The translations under genes and the position numbers were made by a program. Of a DNA stretch of 64,000 nucleotides, positions 11,646 to 26,689 are shown piece by piece (within the stretch, counting starts at the first letter, position 1; the number at the start of each line of letters is the position of its first letter). Below the pieces are notes generated by a model. It searched no databases. It saw only the letters and a list, made by a program, of their open reading frames with translations, and had not been told where the DNA came from. Source of the DNA: Octopus vulgaris (Eukaryota). The stretch lies in assembly GCA_951406725.2 (NCBI GenBank), contig OX597814.1, positions 49,166,001-49,230,000 on the forward strand. The letters run 5' to 3'.

Positions 11646-13053
11646 TAACTGTGTTTTTCTTTTTTTTAACCCTTCATTCTCTCTAAATTCAGTAACTAAA
11701 TAGTAGTAACATACCAGAATTGTCTTTATGTCATGGAGAAAATATATAATGAGTTTTAAAATAGTCTAACAATTGGTGCAGTATAAAGAAAGATTAGAGG
11801 TAAGTTAGGCTAATCAAAGAGAAATAATGTTTGTAATTCAATTTGATTCATAAGTTATGTGTCCTAATCGCAATTTCACTCTTTAAATCTGAACCATGTC
11901 AAAGCAACATCTTAGATACCCTATCACCTAAAACATTTTTTCTTTGTCACAAATATCAAAGCCAAGCTCCAGTAACAATTTATTTATTGAGACATGTTGA
12001 CTTTCAAACATTAACAAAAAGTTACAGAAATAGCAATTCTAATATAGTTCTTAAATAAAGAAAACAAGAATACAAGTATATCTTGCTTCAAATTGAAGGC
12101 TTAAACACTAAAGATAAAATGTGATTAGATTTTTGAATTTGACACAGGAGAAGTAATAGATTTCCTGCAGGAAATAAATTGGTAAATGCTGACATATTTC
12201 CTCTTTACATTTATACATTATACCACAATCTTTCCTTGTACCATTTTAAATTTTATAATTTTGAGAAGTGTCATTAGCCAACATTCTTCTTTACATTATT
12301 GACTATAATGTGTACATGGCTACCAGAATATCACCATGATTAATGCACGAAACAAAATTTAGCAGACATGGTTTAATTTTCAAAGAAGTATGAACAAGTG
12401 AGCAAAATGCGGAAATGATTTTAAGAGCTCTTAACTTGTTTTATTTGTTGTGGTTGTTGTTGTTGTTAATTTTGAATAAAGCCTTAAACAGGAAATGGTG
12501 GGAGATAAATTAAAAACTACTATACACACACTTATGCATTGGAAACATTGCAACAAATGTGATATCTGAAGTTTGAAAAAACAAAAATGAATAGAACTTC
12601 AGGAAAATAGGGGGAAATAATTAGAATATAGCAATGCATTTGGTGTGTGAAATCTGCATTTGTGATGCACATGCATGCACATGTGCACACACACACACAC
12701 ACACATACATACATACGTACATATATACATACATATTAAAGCATATGTATAGTGATTTCTAATACCAGGTTATTAAGTATTACTGTACCTAAATGAAATA
12801 TTAAAATATATAGACACACACACACACACATACACATGCCTGTTCATTCTTTCTTTCTAATATATATCTACATGTTCAATGATGTGTCACTTATAGCTAT
12901 TCATTGCTTGGCAGCTACAACACCACTTTTGTTTTAGTCACAGTTCAAGTCAAGGTTTTAGTCGCAAACCAACCTGAACACTTATTGTAATACCTATTAC
13001 ATCAATAGATGCCATTTTATCAGTATTCTGTGTGTAGTGGGGTTATATGTATA

Positions 13054-13926
13054 CAGGGTGCAATGGGTAAATTGTTGCCATTTTATTATTTTAATTTCAC
13101 GCATGTGCATTGTTTGTTTTTGATTTTGTCGACTACACAGTATAGTAGGGTCAGTTGGGCACCATCTGTGAGAAAAACTGCACCATGATGCAATTCACTC
13201 TGCCAGAAATTTGGAAACAACATGTTCTACTACTTTGCATTCATGCCAGAAGCTCCATTACGAACATTTCAGAGTGTTTGAGTGTCAATCTGAGGACAGC
13301 GCAATCCGAGGATGTGTACTAAGAGTGATAAAAATCAAACATCCACTCAACATTATGGTGTTTGGAGTGATCACTAGTGACGCTGACACTATGCATCCAT
13401 TCATCTTCCCATGTGACCTTAGACTCAACATGGAGGCTTACATCAAGTTCCTGGAGGAGGTAGTGCTGCTCCAGGTCTAGAGGGTGGCTGCCGGAAGACC
13501 CTATTTCTGACAACAGGACACTGCACCATGCCACACAAGCAGGAGAACCCAGTCATGGCAGTCAAACAATTTCTGCAACCACATCATCCCTAACATCTGG
13601 CCACCTAACTCCCCAGGCTGCAACTCCCTTGATTATTTTGTGTGGAACACATTTGAGCAAGAGACCAACAAAATTCCTTGCAACACCGAAGGTGATTTCA
13701 TGACAAGGATTTGGCAGCATTCACCAACTTAAACAAGAAGACCGTCCTGAAGAGTTGCAGGAGATTCTGAAGTCATCTGGAGGCCGTGGTTGAAGCCAAT
13801 AGCGATTTTATTGAATAAATTTACTCTTTAGTATTTCAAGATATTTTTATGTAATTTTAGTAAATATATCTGTTAAAATGAGATGTCAGTGTTATTTTCA
13901 TTTTTGCGTAATTTAGACAACAATTA
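13054..13926 (+). mobile_element. Tc1/mariner DD37D (maT) transposon, internally deleted, defective
   Basis: TA|CAGGGTG left end. KHPLNIMVFGVITSD...QQDTAPCH...WPPNSPGCNSLDYFVW has exactly 37 residues between the QQD and LDY aspartates. In-frame stops; right TIR truncated. Confidence 0.85.
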
Positions 13927-14399
13927 ACTATATATATATGCATATGTATGTGTGTGTCTGTGTGTGTGTATGTATATATGTATAGCAGGGAGAGAGAGAG
14001 ATATGTAATACACTTATACTTACATATTGAAACGTATATTATGTTCTAACACCAAGTTATTAGTATTGCTATGCCTATGCAAAATATTAAATTATATACC
14101 TACATACACACATATACATACATATATCTATATATATTGAGCTATGCCCTTTGAGTTAAGATTACACTTGAATTAATTTACCTTTCTTCCTTTTGGGGTT
14201 GATAAAGCACCTCTCCAGGACTGGGTATTGGCAAAATGATTGAGTATTGTGGGATTGCACATGCTTTGCAATATATGTTTCAGATCCGTGCATTTTGAAT
14301 TCAAATCCTATCACCTGTCTCTTGTTAACAGGCCCTTCAGAATCAGACACTGTCAGTTTTTGGGTATGACATCTCCCAGTACCATATGTATGACTAGTG

Positions 14400-17300
14400 C
14401 AGAGATGCGGAACATGCGGCTTTAAGGCTGCATGTGACCATCCAGTCCATGAAGTGCGGCCGTCTGTGGCCATTGATATAAATCTTTCTTTTTTTGACAT
14501 TGAATATTTTTTGTCTAAACTCATTGTACACCCTAAATTTACAACACACATAGACGAAAGGAAAATTAACTATGTTTAGTGATGCCACTCCCAGAGATTG
14601 GAAGAATTTTTCTTTGAACCCAGGGAATTTAAACTCAAAGCAACAAGTATATAAAGGTAATATTTCCTTGTCAGCTACATCAGCATAATGGGAGTAAGTG
14701 ACTTCATCTATAATACACAAAAAGTTCCTGTCTCATCCGCCTTTTCATTGTGATCTGTGCTACATACTTTACTTCATCATAGCCAACTTCATACTGACTT
14801 GTTTTGCAAGACTGAATTAGTTATAGCCTTATTTGAAACCGCAAATCCATCAGTGCGTGCGTTAATTTTACAGACTTGCTTTTTATCATTGAGACTTGAT
14901 AAGTGATACAGTGATCGTATTCATTGTTACTCTGTTAAGCCAGCTGCACACTACTTCAGACACCATGTTCAGAAACAATGTCCTTGGAATCTTGGTCATA
15001 ATTTCATTGGAAGCCATTGATATTTGACATTATTTTTGCAACAATTAGGTAATGATACTAATTACAGAAAAAAAAATTATAGCTAATCTAGATATTGTTC
15101 AGCCTCGAGTAACAACAGTTGCTAAAGTCAAAACCAAAAACATGGTTTTGGATACAAGTTTATCATGTCTTGTCTAAAACTTTTTATTTGAGTCAGTGTG
15201 CAGCCGGCTTTACTAATTCATTATTAAACATTTATTTTTTTATGTTTTTTTAAAAAAAATAAATACATTTCTTTTTAAACCATAATTATGTCAAAAAAAA
15301 AAAATTAAAACTAACTTTGAAAGAAGAAAACAGGATCTTCAATGAAGAAAGAGAATTGCAATAAATAGTGGAGGTAAAATGTCTTGCTTGTCTTGTGATA
15401 CCACAATTGTAACGGTTAATAAATTCAATGCACAGCAACATTATGCTCTTCATAAACACAATAAATATGCCAAATTAGAGGGTGAGTCTCGAAAGATTGC
15501 ATTGCAGAAATTGAAAGATGAAAAACAAAAGCAAAGACAATTTTTCCAATCTGTGTTGCATCAAGGGAATGCTACGACAGAGGCCAGCTATAAAGTTGCA
15601 TATTTGCTTGGAAAAAAAAAACTAAGCCATTCAGCAATGCAGAACTAATAAAGGAAAGTGGTAGGATGTATAGATCCTGATTAAGTTAACAAATATAAAG
15701 AGGTGCCTCTTTTAAGAAGGACTAATACAGATCAACAGCATGAATTGGCCTGTAAGGTAACAGAGCAATTGAAAAATATAATCTGGATGAATTGGCAGAT
15801 TCCACTGATTCAGCATAAGTATTGCATTTTATTCATACTATAACTGATGATTTTCAATTATATGAAGAATTATTTGCTTTAGGCACCCTTAAAGGAAGGA
15901 CATGAGGGATAGATATTTTTAACAACTTCAAAGAGCAATGTCATAAAGTAGGAGTAAATTTTACTAATTTGGTAAATGTGTGCGTGGATGGTGCTCCAGC
16001 TATGACAGCTGAAAATGAAGGATTTATTGCACATCTTAAAAGAGTGATCAAAGAACCAAATGTACTGATTTCTTTTTGTTGTATTTTACGTCAGCAAAAT
16101 CTGTCATTTGAAATGACACTTTGCAGAAGATTATAAGTATTGTAAACTATATTCAAACAAATGCCCTGAAGTATCATCAATTTCATAACATGCTGATGAT
16201 GGATGACGAAGTAATTAATGTGGATTTGCCATATCACTCAAAAGTATGCTGGTTGTCACAAGGGAAAGTATTGGTCAAAATTTTGCCTTTATGAAGACAA
16301 ATAATTGACTTTTTCAAAGAAAACAACCGACATTGTGATTTACCAGATCCAAATTTTTACATAGCTGTTGCATTTTTATGTGATGCAATGTCAAAACAAA
16401 ATGAGTTAAACATTTCGTTGCAAGGTTAAAATAAATGTATTTATGATATGTGGCAAAAAATTTGGGCATTTAGAAAACAATTGTAATTTTCCAAGTTCCT
16501 TTTGGCTCAATCAAGACTTTCAGGAGAACACTTTCTTCAAAGGTAATGAGTGAAAATGAAGAAGATATTTATGAATCTTGTGAAGAATACAAGTCAGTTT
16601 TAGATTCATTAATAGAAGAAAATAATAAAAGATTCAATGATTTTGAAAAACATAACATCACTCTGAAACTTGCTTTTCAGCCTCACTTAATTGATGTATC
16701 AGAGGCTCTTGAAGAGTTACAAATGGAGTTTATTGAAATATCTGAAGATAATATCCTGAAATCTCTCTTTGAAAATCCCATTGAAATTTGGAAAAATGTG
16801 GTAGAATATCCTCATCTTCATTAACATGCACACTGACTAATTTCCTGCTTTTCTTCGACATACTGTTGTGAATCCACATTCTTGTACTTGGCACAAATCA
16901 AGAATTTGCTGAGAACGCAATTGACAAATGAGCATTTGGAAGACCAATTGAAACTAAGAACCACTATGTTAGAGCCTGATATCAAAAAAAGCAAATTCAA
17001 AGAAGTTACTCATATGTATAAAAAGTATCCACTTGCCTAAATTAAATATTTGAAAAGGTTATATTCTCGATGTTCATAAGCTGTCCTTTTTTTTTATAAG
17101 ATTATTAATAACTTATTACTTGTATACAATGTACCTACCTATCTAAATAAAATATTTGAAAATGTCTTGCTTTCAATATTATTCATTTACTTATTATTTC
17201 TATAAAAGTACTTACTTAAATAAAATATTTGAAAAGTCATGCTTTCGATTTCTACGTATCCATCTTTCTTTTATCATATTACTAATAAATTACTTAGGGG

Positions 17301-17407
17301 ATAGAATAACTAAACAAAAAAGGAAAATAATTTGTTCAGTGTGGGCCTCTATGAGGGATGATGAATTGTAGGGTGGCCTTCATGCACAAACAGGTTCCCC
17401 ATCCCTG
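14400..17407 (+). mobile_element. Full-length but dead hAT transposon (Charlie/Buster/SPIN, GTF2IRD2-like transposase)
   Basis: Perfect 8-bp TSD GACTAGTG (14392-14399 and 17408-17415). TIRs CAGAGATGCGGAACATG / CAGGGATGGGGAACCTG match 14/17. Disrupted transposase ~15288-17020 with BED-like CLSC...HYALHKH, LDE, DGAPAM, WLSQG and FSSTYCCESTF motifs. Confidence 0.93.
14938..15209. mobile_element. PIF/Harbinger-like MITE nested in the hAT 5' region
   Basis: TIRs AGCCAGCTGCACACT / AGTGTGCAGCCGGCT (14/15) flanked by TTA on both sides (3-bp TSD). Confidence 0.7.
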
Positions 17408-18639
17408 GACTAGTGCATGACCTACTTCTCGAGACATTCTCAGTATCACAGCAACTATTCCTGGTGCTCCAGTTGCTTTTTCAGCCTTCATTTCTCTCAT
17501 CATATTTTCACTGCAAAGCTTTTCAACCTCAGTAGCTGGTCACTGTTAAATCTGTTGGGAGCAGAATCACAATGCTCCCATACATTCTCTTCATTCAACC
17601 AACTCTTCAAGTAGCATTATTCCATCTATCTCTCCCAACAGCATCTTAATTCTCTCTGGTTCAAAAAACTTTGCAATCCAGAACATTTCACATTACATTA
17701 CAAAATATGTGCATAGCTTGTACTTTTGACTCTTCCTCTTCTTATGCATATCTGTCTATTTATTTTTCTGTCTATCTATATGTATGTATATCTGCATGTG
17801 TGTATATTTAGATCTATATGCATATGCAGTTAATAATCCTAGTGTATATAAATACATAAGTCTGTACATATGCACATGTATATATGCACATGCATGTATA
17901 ATAGTAGGTGAATGCCATTCTTTTTCCCCTCTTACAAAGTTTTATGAAGGTCATCTCAGTTCCCAACTAAACATCCCTGTCTCTGCCTGAGAAAATGCTT
18001 TGCCCATCTGCAAACCGCCACCTGTGAAGACTATCAAATAAACTATGTATTATACCCAACATAAAGGAAGGATGTTGCCTATATAGTTATAATGAAATTA
18101 ACCCAGCTTGGAATTTAGACAAAGTCAGCCATAGAGGTAGACATGGACTCCGGAAGTTGCTGTGAAATCTAGGTGAGCTGAAACTCTAAATTAAAAACTG
18201 ATTGAGAAAGAGAGGGGGATGGGTGGAGGTGAGGGAGGGGAAAGACTCTTTAGTTCTGAAAAAGCACCTCTCTAATACCAGTGGCATTAGCAAAGATACC
18301 CTGACCATGGTATAAAGCAGGCATTCATAGAAAGGGTGCCTTGCCAAATACAAACCATATGAAATCATGACAGTTACAAATTAAATACAAAAAAATACCT
18401 GACTGCTGTATATCTAGTACTTAAAATGGTAGTGATGTGTACGGTAGAGGGGTATCCAGGTGTGAAAATCTAGCCATGTGTGAACATCTGTCAATCATAC
18501 CAAAGAATTGCACCAACTCCTTTCTGTTCAGATGCAGAAAATAGACAAGTCACACAGCACCAGGAACTATCCTCTTCCTGTCAGGTGCAAAAATTCAGGG
18601 CTACCATCATCAATATTGAAATTATCTGGAGAGATTATA

Positions 18640-19140
18640 AAATTACTAGAATGGAGATGAGTAGATAAATGTCATCTAGCAGATGTGCAACATGTACTAG
18701 TTGTGCACCTGCTCCAAAATGTATGCTATTTACTAGTTGATGTATGGCATCAAAAACAGAGAATGGAGTGGACCTTCTGCCAGATATTTCATGTACAAGG
18801 AACAGTGGGTGGAGCAGGCATATTATTAACAGAAAACTGGATAAAGCAACTGAGATAGTCAGGATATGTGACAGAATAATTAAGCTTGAATTAGCTTTAG
18901 GTAGCACAACAGCAACTGTGATTTCTGCTTAGGTACCACATTCTAGACTATTAGGTACATAAGATGTTTCTCTGAGGTCCTCTTTTATACCAACTATTCC
19001 ATAACAAATGACAACAACTGCATTATTGTTTGGTGATTTTGACAAACATGTAATGGCAATAATATGATGACTACTGCAATATAAATAGAGGCAAGGCGTT
19101 AAAAGTTGAGTTCAACTAGTATGTTGTTGTAGACCCATAA
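18640..19140 (+). mobile_element. RTE LINE endonuclease relic
   Basis: EIVRICDRIIKLELALGSTTATVISA*VP followed by a GDFD-like motif, parallel to the APE domain of the RTE at 58500-59300. Confidence 0.65.
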
Positions 19141-19189
19141 ATATCTTATGGCTCCCCTACCTAAAAGAAAATAATAATAATAATAATAA

Positions 19190-19790
<601 letters not shown>

Positions 19791-20029
19791 AATAAAAATA
19801 ACTTCACAGCCCTTTTCTATGCATTATTTTACAAGAGTGAAGCTCATCATGTATTTTCTTAGTTTTTTTTAACAGAACTGGTCTATTTTACTTATTAAAT
19901 AAATAAGTCATCCCACCCAGTGAAGAGATGAATGACTACCTATCAGTTTGAAATATTTATATCTGACAATCCTATTGTTAAAATTTGGGCGAATTGACCA
20001 AACAGGTTTTCCTGAATTGTGCAAGTGCC

Positions 20030-20242
20030 AAATAAAAAGCACTCGTGCCAGTGCCAAGGTAAAATGCTCATGCTGGACCATGTTAAAAGCATCTAGTACA
20101 CATTATAAAGTGGTTGGTATTAGGAAGGGCACCCAGTTGTAGAAATTGAACCAAATCAGAGTGGAACCTGGTGCAGCTTTCCTGCTTGCCAGCTTTGGTC
20201 AAACTATCCCACTCTTGCCAGCATGGAAAACGGACATTAAAA
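20030..20242 (+). mobile_element. RTE 3'-UTR fragment
   Basis: TAAAAGCA repeats, GGAAGGGCA.CCAG and CCAGCATGGAAAACGGAC terminus. Confidence 0.7.
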
Positions 20243-20399
20243 GAAGAGGAGAATACCCCACATAAATTTAGACTGATAATTCAAAAGCCAACAGCTCTGA
20301 AAACAAAACCATTTTTCAGATATTTATAATTTATTGCAGGAACATAGGACCAAAATAGCCAGAAGTTTCCTGGAATGTGCCTTAATTGTTTAAACTGCA

Positions 20400-20620
20400 A
20401 ATAATAATAATAATAATTGTTTCAAATTTTAACACAAGGCTAGCAGTTTTAGTGGGAAGAGGTTTGTCAATTACATCAACCCTAGTACTTGGCTGAAACT
20501 TTATTTTAAAGGCTAAGCTGACCTTGGTGGTATTTGAACTCGGAACATCAAGAGCCAGAAGAAATGCTGCTACATATTTTGTCCACCATGTTAAAGATTT
20601 TGCCAGCTCACCACCTTAAT
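20400..20620 (-). mobile_element. Old family B SINE, (ATT)n-tailed
   Basis: TTTGAACTC B-box remnant and ACAAGGC...TTTCAAA tail; followed by a (GGT)n tract at 20635-20686. Confidence 0.65.
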
Positions 20621-21390
20621 AACCCTGATGATGATGGTGGTGGTGGTGGTGCTACTGGTGGTGGTGGTGGTGGTGGTGGCGGTGGCAGTAAGGAGGAGGA
20701 GGAGTTAAATTTTTATTTTAGTTTTTCATTTTCTAAAAACAAATATTTTGCCTATTTGTTTTTAAAAAGGGTGTTTTTCTAAATGAATGTTTTGAATTGT
20801 AACCAAAAAATGCAATAGACTGCTTGGAAATCTTGAGCCAAATGCATTGTTTATGAAACAATCAACTATCACACCTTGGATTTACAACGCTGTGTGCTGG
20901 TGTTTCTATAGCTAGAAATTCTTTTTACTTAATTAATGTACAGAGTTTTCTAAACAAACACAAGGAAAGGGTTTTTAAAATATGTTTAGACTTTCCTCAG
21001 TTGTGTATTTGGCAGATGATACATTGAGATACAGATTGTTATCATTATGGCTATTAATATAAAGAAACATATTCTTAAAGTAAATATTTTACATGCATTC
21101 ATAAAAAAACTAATCTAACTTTACTTAATTTATCATTATTATAAATTAGGTTTGGTTAGATAAGGTAAGGTTAAATTAGCTTATTTTTGAAAATATAAAA
21201 ATATGCGTTCTTGATATTTCTCATTAACATTTTTTACAGACTTTTTTCTTTTTTACCAATTTGAAGAATTTTTTGTGTTTTTGCTATTAATTAACATGCA
21301 TACAGAAATTTAAGTCATTACTAAATTACAATATAAACCTACTGCGTGTAATTATGAAGATGAAGTTAGATTTGTTTGTTTCTAAATATA

Positions 21391-22279
21391 CGAAATAGTA
21401 TCAAAGAGTTCCTGGATGAGGTATGTCTAATAAAAAATAACTTATTTACCTAAGTTTTAAAATCATCTACTTCAAAATAGTCACCTTGCGCAAAAATACA
21501 CTGGTCCTGGCATTCCTGCCACTTTTGGAATCTGGCCTGGAAGTTGTTTTCTGTAAGTGAGTTGAGGACCTTCTTGGTTTGCTCTTGATCTCAACAACTG
21601 CGACCTTTGAGCTGCATTTTCATTTTGGGGAAGAGATGGATGTTTGCAGGTGCTAAATCTGGAGAATAGGGTGAGTGCAGAAGTGATACTATGTTGGTTT
21701 TGGCAAGAAACTCACGAAGGAGGAGAGCTTGGTGACAGGGTGCATTGTTGTCGTGAAGAATCCAGATGTTAGGATTGCCTGCATGGACCCATACGACAGA
21801 CCAAGAACATCAGCAATGTCATTGATCATCCTCTAACAATTCTCATGCACAAACTGATTAAATTTTTTCCACATTTCCAGGGGTAACACTTGTAGCAGGT
21901 CTTCCAAATCACTCATTGTTTTCTAGGGATCTTCTTCTACTTTTCAAGCACCTGTGCCACTCCAAACATTGTATACAGCCCATTGCCTCATCCCCATAAG
22001 CTTGCCAAAGCAAGCTCAGTTTCTCTGTAGCAGACTTCCCAAGCTTAATGCAAAATTTCATGTTGGCTCTTTGTTCCTGTCCATGACAAAAATTGCAGAC
22101 TACAGCATACACATGATCAGAAAAACACAAATTCTACAACTTGTAAAGTAAACACAATGATGTCACTCAGCACACTGCCTCAGGAAGGTCACTGCTAGCT
22201 CTCACTGTGCACACAATCGTGTGCTACCATCTGTTGGTGTACTACAGAACTAGTCTGGGAACTTTTTGACACCACCCCA
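21391..22279 (-). mobile_element. Mariner element, internally deleted
   Basis: TA-flanked imperfect TIRs (TCAAAGAGTTCC / GGAACTTTTTGA). N-terminal HTH EQRANMKFCIKLGKSATE...AYGDEAM...EWHRCLKS; HDNAPCH catalytic motif near 21735-21755. Confidence 0.85.
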
Positions 22280-22739
22280 TATTTTAAGTTTTTTAAAGAA
22301 TATCTTCTCACTTGTCCACCCCACTGACTAGCACATCAAAGGCAATTTGCTGCTATCATACTTTCTTTATGTTTGAATTTCATGGACATACTAAGAAGCC
22401 ATTTAGCTACATAGAAACACAAACAGATCTTCATCATTGTTTCAGGTTTGCTTTTCATGATAGCATAGGTTTCATGCATCATCACAGTCTGAGTTTAGTT
22501 CTTATTTGGAATTACTTCAATCTTTAATAGGTTGGAGGACCACATTTCACTCATATGTTCTAATTTTGGCTTACTTTCTATGGCTGGGTGGTCTTTCTTA
22601 ATGCCTACCACTTTACAGAGTGTACTGGGTACATCATATAATTCACCAGCACTAGAGATGTAGCTATGTTGTTAACAAAACTAAAGGGTCTGCTTGACCC
22701 TATATCTTTGCTCATTTGTTGACCGTTGTACAGAATCTG

Positions 22740-23622
22740 TTGAGGGATTGACTTGTACCTTTGTAAGATCAGTAAGTTCTTAGGGAGCCAACTGGGTATT
22801 TAAGGGAATTTCTGGTGTATCCATAGTATGTTCTGCTTCAGTGCAAATATCACATACAAAGCTTACACTGTTATTTTGGTATTGATTACACAACATTTCT
22901 TCTGTGTTTATAGCTTATATTGGTTTCATTTTAAGGAGTTTATAACTACTCCATCTCTGCATATCAAGCAAAGTCATTTCCCTGAAGATACCAGAATCTT
23001 ATCTTCTTTCTTACTTACTAAAACTTTCATCTCCGCCAAGTTTATATTAAGATCTCCCGATTCTGGGTTTAGCTTCCAAACTTTGAATTTTCTCTCAAAT
23101 TATTTTATAGATTCAGTTTTGAGAACTAGATCATCAGTATATGGAATTCCCATGGACAGCCAATCTTAAACACCTCTGTGATGGTCTGTAAGACTATGAG
23201 GAATAGAAAGGAATTGAGAACTGTACCTTGTTGGATACCTACCCTCATGCTAAAATTCACCACTGAAATCATTGTTGATTCTCACTTTACTTACTACAGC
23301 ATTATACATAGCTTGTACAGACCTCACAAGCCATTCACTCATTCTTAGTTTCCTCAGTAACCCTTAGATTACTGAATGTGGTGCACTGTCAAGTGCCTTC
23401 TCCAAATCAATGAAAGCAAGGAATAGTGATATATTCTGGCCAAGTATTTATCCCACAGTTACCTCAATAGCAAGATTGCATCAATGGTATCTCTTTTGGA
23501 CATGAAACCAAACTGCATCTCGTCGAGGTCTACTGTCATGGATCAATTGTGTTATGACCCTTTCTGTGACTTTCATGATTGATCTAGTAGTTTGGTTCCT
23601 CTATAATTGCTTCTCTCTAAGG
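22740..23622 (-). mobile_element. RTE LINE reverse transcriptase relic
   Basis: MQFGFMSKRDTIDAILLLR followed by a frameshifted AFIDLEKA-like segment; interrupted by a hAT MITE. Confidence 0.75.
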
Positions 23623-23856
23623 CAGTGGATTATCAACTGAGGTCTATATAAGATTTTGTTGTTAAAATTTATGTACAATAAACTGGTTTTATTTCTACAA
23701 TACAACCGAATATTTTAATAACTTCTTTTTTATATAGTTCCTAATAATATAGAAAAATATATGATTTTTTTTAAAACATTGAATGGCTAGGAGGGTCTGT
23801 CTGAGTAAAACAGGAATCAAAGGGATTCATAAGTTAAAAATGTTTGAGAAACACTG
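23623..23856. mobile_element. hAT (Charlie/MER5-like) MITE
   Basis: CAGTGG...TCAAC / TTTGAGAAACACTG ends; 8-bp TSD CTCTAAGG / CTCTAAAG. Confidence 0.75.
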
Positions 23857-24682
23857 CTCTAAAGTATCTCTGCTCAGTGTGTGTGTGTGTGTGAATGTGC
23901 GTGCGTGTGCGTATGTGTGTGTGCGTGTACATTCATGAAAAGTATGCAGACCAACTCATGTCTTTTTCCAGTTTCCCTTGTCTTTCTTTCTCTTTTTCTT
24001 TCCAAAGAAGAACAGTGTCCAAAAAGATCATAATGGTTAACTCATCCCATTCTTTTGAGCATCAACCTTGTCCTGTCTTACTGTCTTTTGCACATGACCC
24101 AATGATTAAGGTGTTGCATTCATGATCATGAGATCATGACTTCAATTCCCAAACCAGCTGTGTGTTTTTTTTTTCTTGAGCAAAATACTTCATTCCACTT
24201 GCTCCGGTCCATTCAGCTGTAAATGGGTAACCTTATGACAGATTGGTGTGCAAGGGTGAGACAGTGACTCAGGAAAATCACTTGAACAGAGGTTTTGTGA
24301 GCTGTGTTTTGTATTCAGGTATCAAGAGAATGAATAGTACAACCCGTCCTGTGAATCCCAGTTAGTTGGGATTGGTTGTCCAATCACATCAAAGGTTGAT
24401 TGATGAATTGTTAAAGTTAGACTTTTTGAATTATGAGTGCAATTCATCTGACAGGCTTCCACATAATTTCTGTTCACCTAATTTCAATTATATGGCAATA
24501 ACTCAACCCAAATTCTATCATTAAAGATACTTGCCCAAGATACCATGCAGTGGATCCAATCCTGATCTTATGAATGAGAAACAAACAGATTAACCATTTA
24601 ATTAGTTAAGCTGTCTGCACATGCACACATGTATGTAAATATCCATACAAGTGTGATGTGTGTGTGTGTTTGTGTGTCTGTT

Positions 24683-24721
<39 letters not shown>

Positions 24722-24723
<2 letters not shown>

Positions 24724-25950
24724 TCATCATTAAAATTATTTAATGTTCACTTTTCCATCCATACTGCCATATATCAGACAGAATTTGTTGAGGTACTTTT
24801 TCTATGACTAGATAGCCCCCAGACACCCTTCCTATAACCACCTTCACCTGTTTCCAGGCAAGTTAATATTTACCTGTGGCCTGATATGTTTTTCGTGGAG
24901 GACTCAATATGAACATGAGCTTCACTTTCATACATCACTTGGGATGACAGTGAAACTCAGTTGCAAATATCACATGATGTCAAGACAAAGGAACCCACAC
25001 ATATTATCATCAACATTGTTTAAAATCCATTTTCCCATCTTCTTTGCATGAGTCAAAAAGAATTTGATGAGACAGCTTTTCTTATTTTAGTTTCTTTCAA
25101 ACAAGTCTACTCACAAGTCTTTGGTTAGCCTGAAGCTATAGCAGAGGGCTCTTGCCCAAGATGCCACACAGTGGGACTGAACATGATTGAGAAGCAAACT
25201 TCTCACCACACAGCCACACCTATATGTACATATAAATATATATATTCTTTTATTCTTTTACTTGTTTCAGTCATTTGACTGTGGCAATGCTGGAGTACCA
25301 CCTTAAAGGGTTTTTAGTCAAAGAAATCGACCCCAGGATATATTCTTTGTAAGCCTAGTACTTATTCTATTTGTCTCTTTTGCTGAACTGCTAAGTTACA
25401 GGGATATAAACACATCAACATCAGTTGTCAAGCGATGGTGGGGAGCAAACACACACACACACACACACATATGTATAATATATTCTGTTACTTGTTTCAG
25501 TCATTTGACTATGGCCATGCTAGAGCACAGCCTTTAGTCGAGCAAATTGACCCCAGGACTTATTCTTTGTAAGCCTGGTACTTATTCTGTTGGTCCCTTT
25601 TGCCAAACCACTAAGTTACGGGGACATAAACACACCAGCATCGGTTGTCAAGTGATGGTGGGGGCTTCTTTCAGTTTCCATCAACCAAATCCACTCACAA
25701 GGCTTTGGTCAGCCTGAGGCTATAGTAGAAGACACTTGCCCAAGGTGCCCGGAACCATGTGGTTTGTAAGCAAGCTACTTACCACACAGCCACTCCTACA
25801 CCTATATGATGGACTTCTTTCAGTTTCCGGCTACCATATCCACTCACAAGATTTTGGTTGGCTCAAAGCTATAGTAAAACACTCACCCAAGGTGCCATGC
25901 AGTGAGACTGAACCTGGAATCATGTAGTTGGGAAGCAAGCTGTTTGCCAC
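24722..25950 (-). mobile_element. Cluster of nested family A SINE pieces, including an RTE-tail module at 24722-25000
   Basis: Repeated CTTGCCCAAG / CCACTCACAAG / TTGTTTCAGTCATTTGACT segments. Confidence 0.8.
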
Positions 25951-26322
25951 ACACACACACACACACACACAGAAATGTGTGTGTGTGAATATAAATTTAT
26001 GCTTATAGTACATATTGGAAGTGGCTGAGTAAGGGAACTAATGCCCTATTATGCTGAAAATAGCCCACAGAAGTAGGACACTCACTAGTCACTTTCATTT
26101 TGAATCAGGTAGTATAGGAAGGGGTCATTCCTAGTGACTCATGTTGCTGTATCATCATCAAATGTTACAAGGCAAAGCAGATGCTCTAGAATTAAGCCAG
26201 TTCAAACTGATGATGAATGAATGGAGTTATAGAAGTAACAGAGTTTTAGCATAACTACTTAAGGAAATTATCTTGATGAAAATAGCTCAGATTTGTACCA
26301 GGACTACTGCTCTCTTCCAAGT

Positions 26323-26436
26323 GAATTATTTTGGGAGAGGAATAGCAAAATGGTACTAAGAAACAGACACACACACACACACTCTTTCATTCAAGTGATC
26401 ACTATATACCATTTTGCCACCCCTTCCCAACTTAGT
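26323..26436. mobile_element. Small MITE-like inverted repeat
   Basis: TTGGGAGAGGAATAGCAAAATGGTA pairs with TACCATTTTGCCACCCCTTCCCAA. Confidence 0.5.
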
Positions 26437-26689
26437 TAACCACTTCCAACTTTTACTGACCATTAGCTTTCAACTTTATATGACCTTTAGCTTTTAAATG
26501 TGAGATGTAGTCCTAATAGCTTTAATACTTTGTTTCTCTTTCTTCATCTCTTCCTACACTTCCTTTTCTTTTTATCTGCTTTGCTAACAGTGAAAATATT
26601 TTCAACTCCATAAATTAAAATTTAATTTACTTACGAAGTAAAACAAACTTTTTAATATTTTTTAGTTTAAATAAATCCTGTCTCCATTG

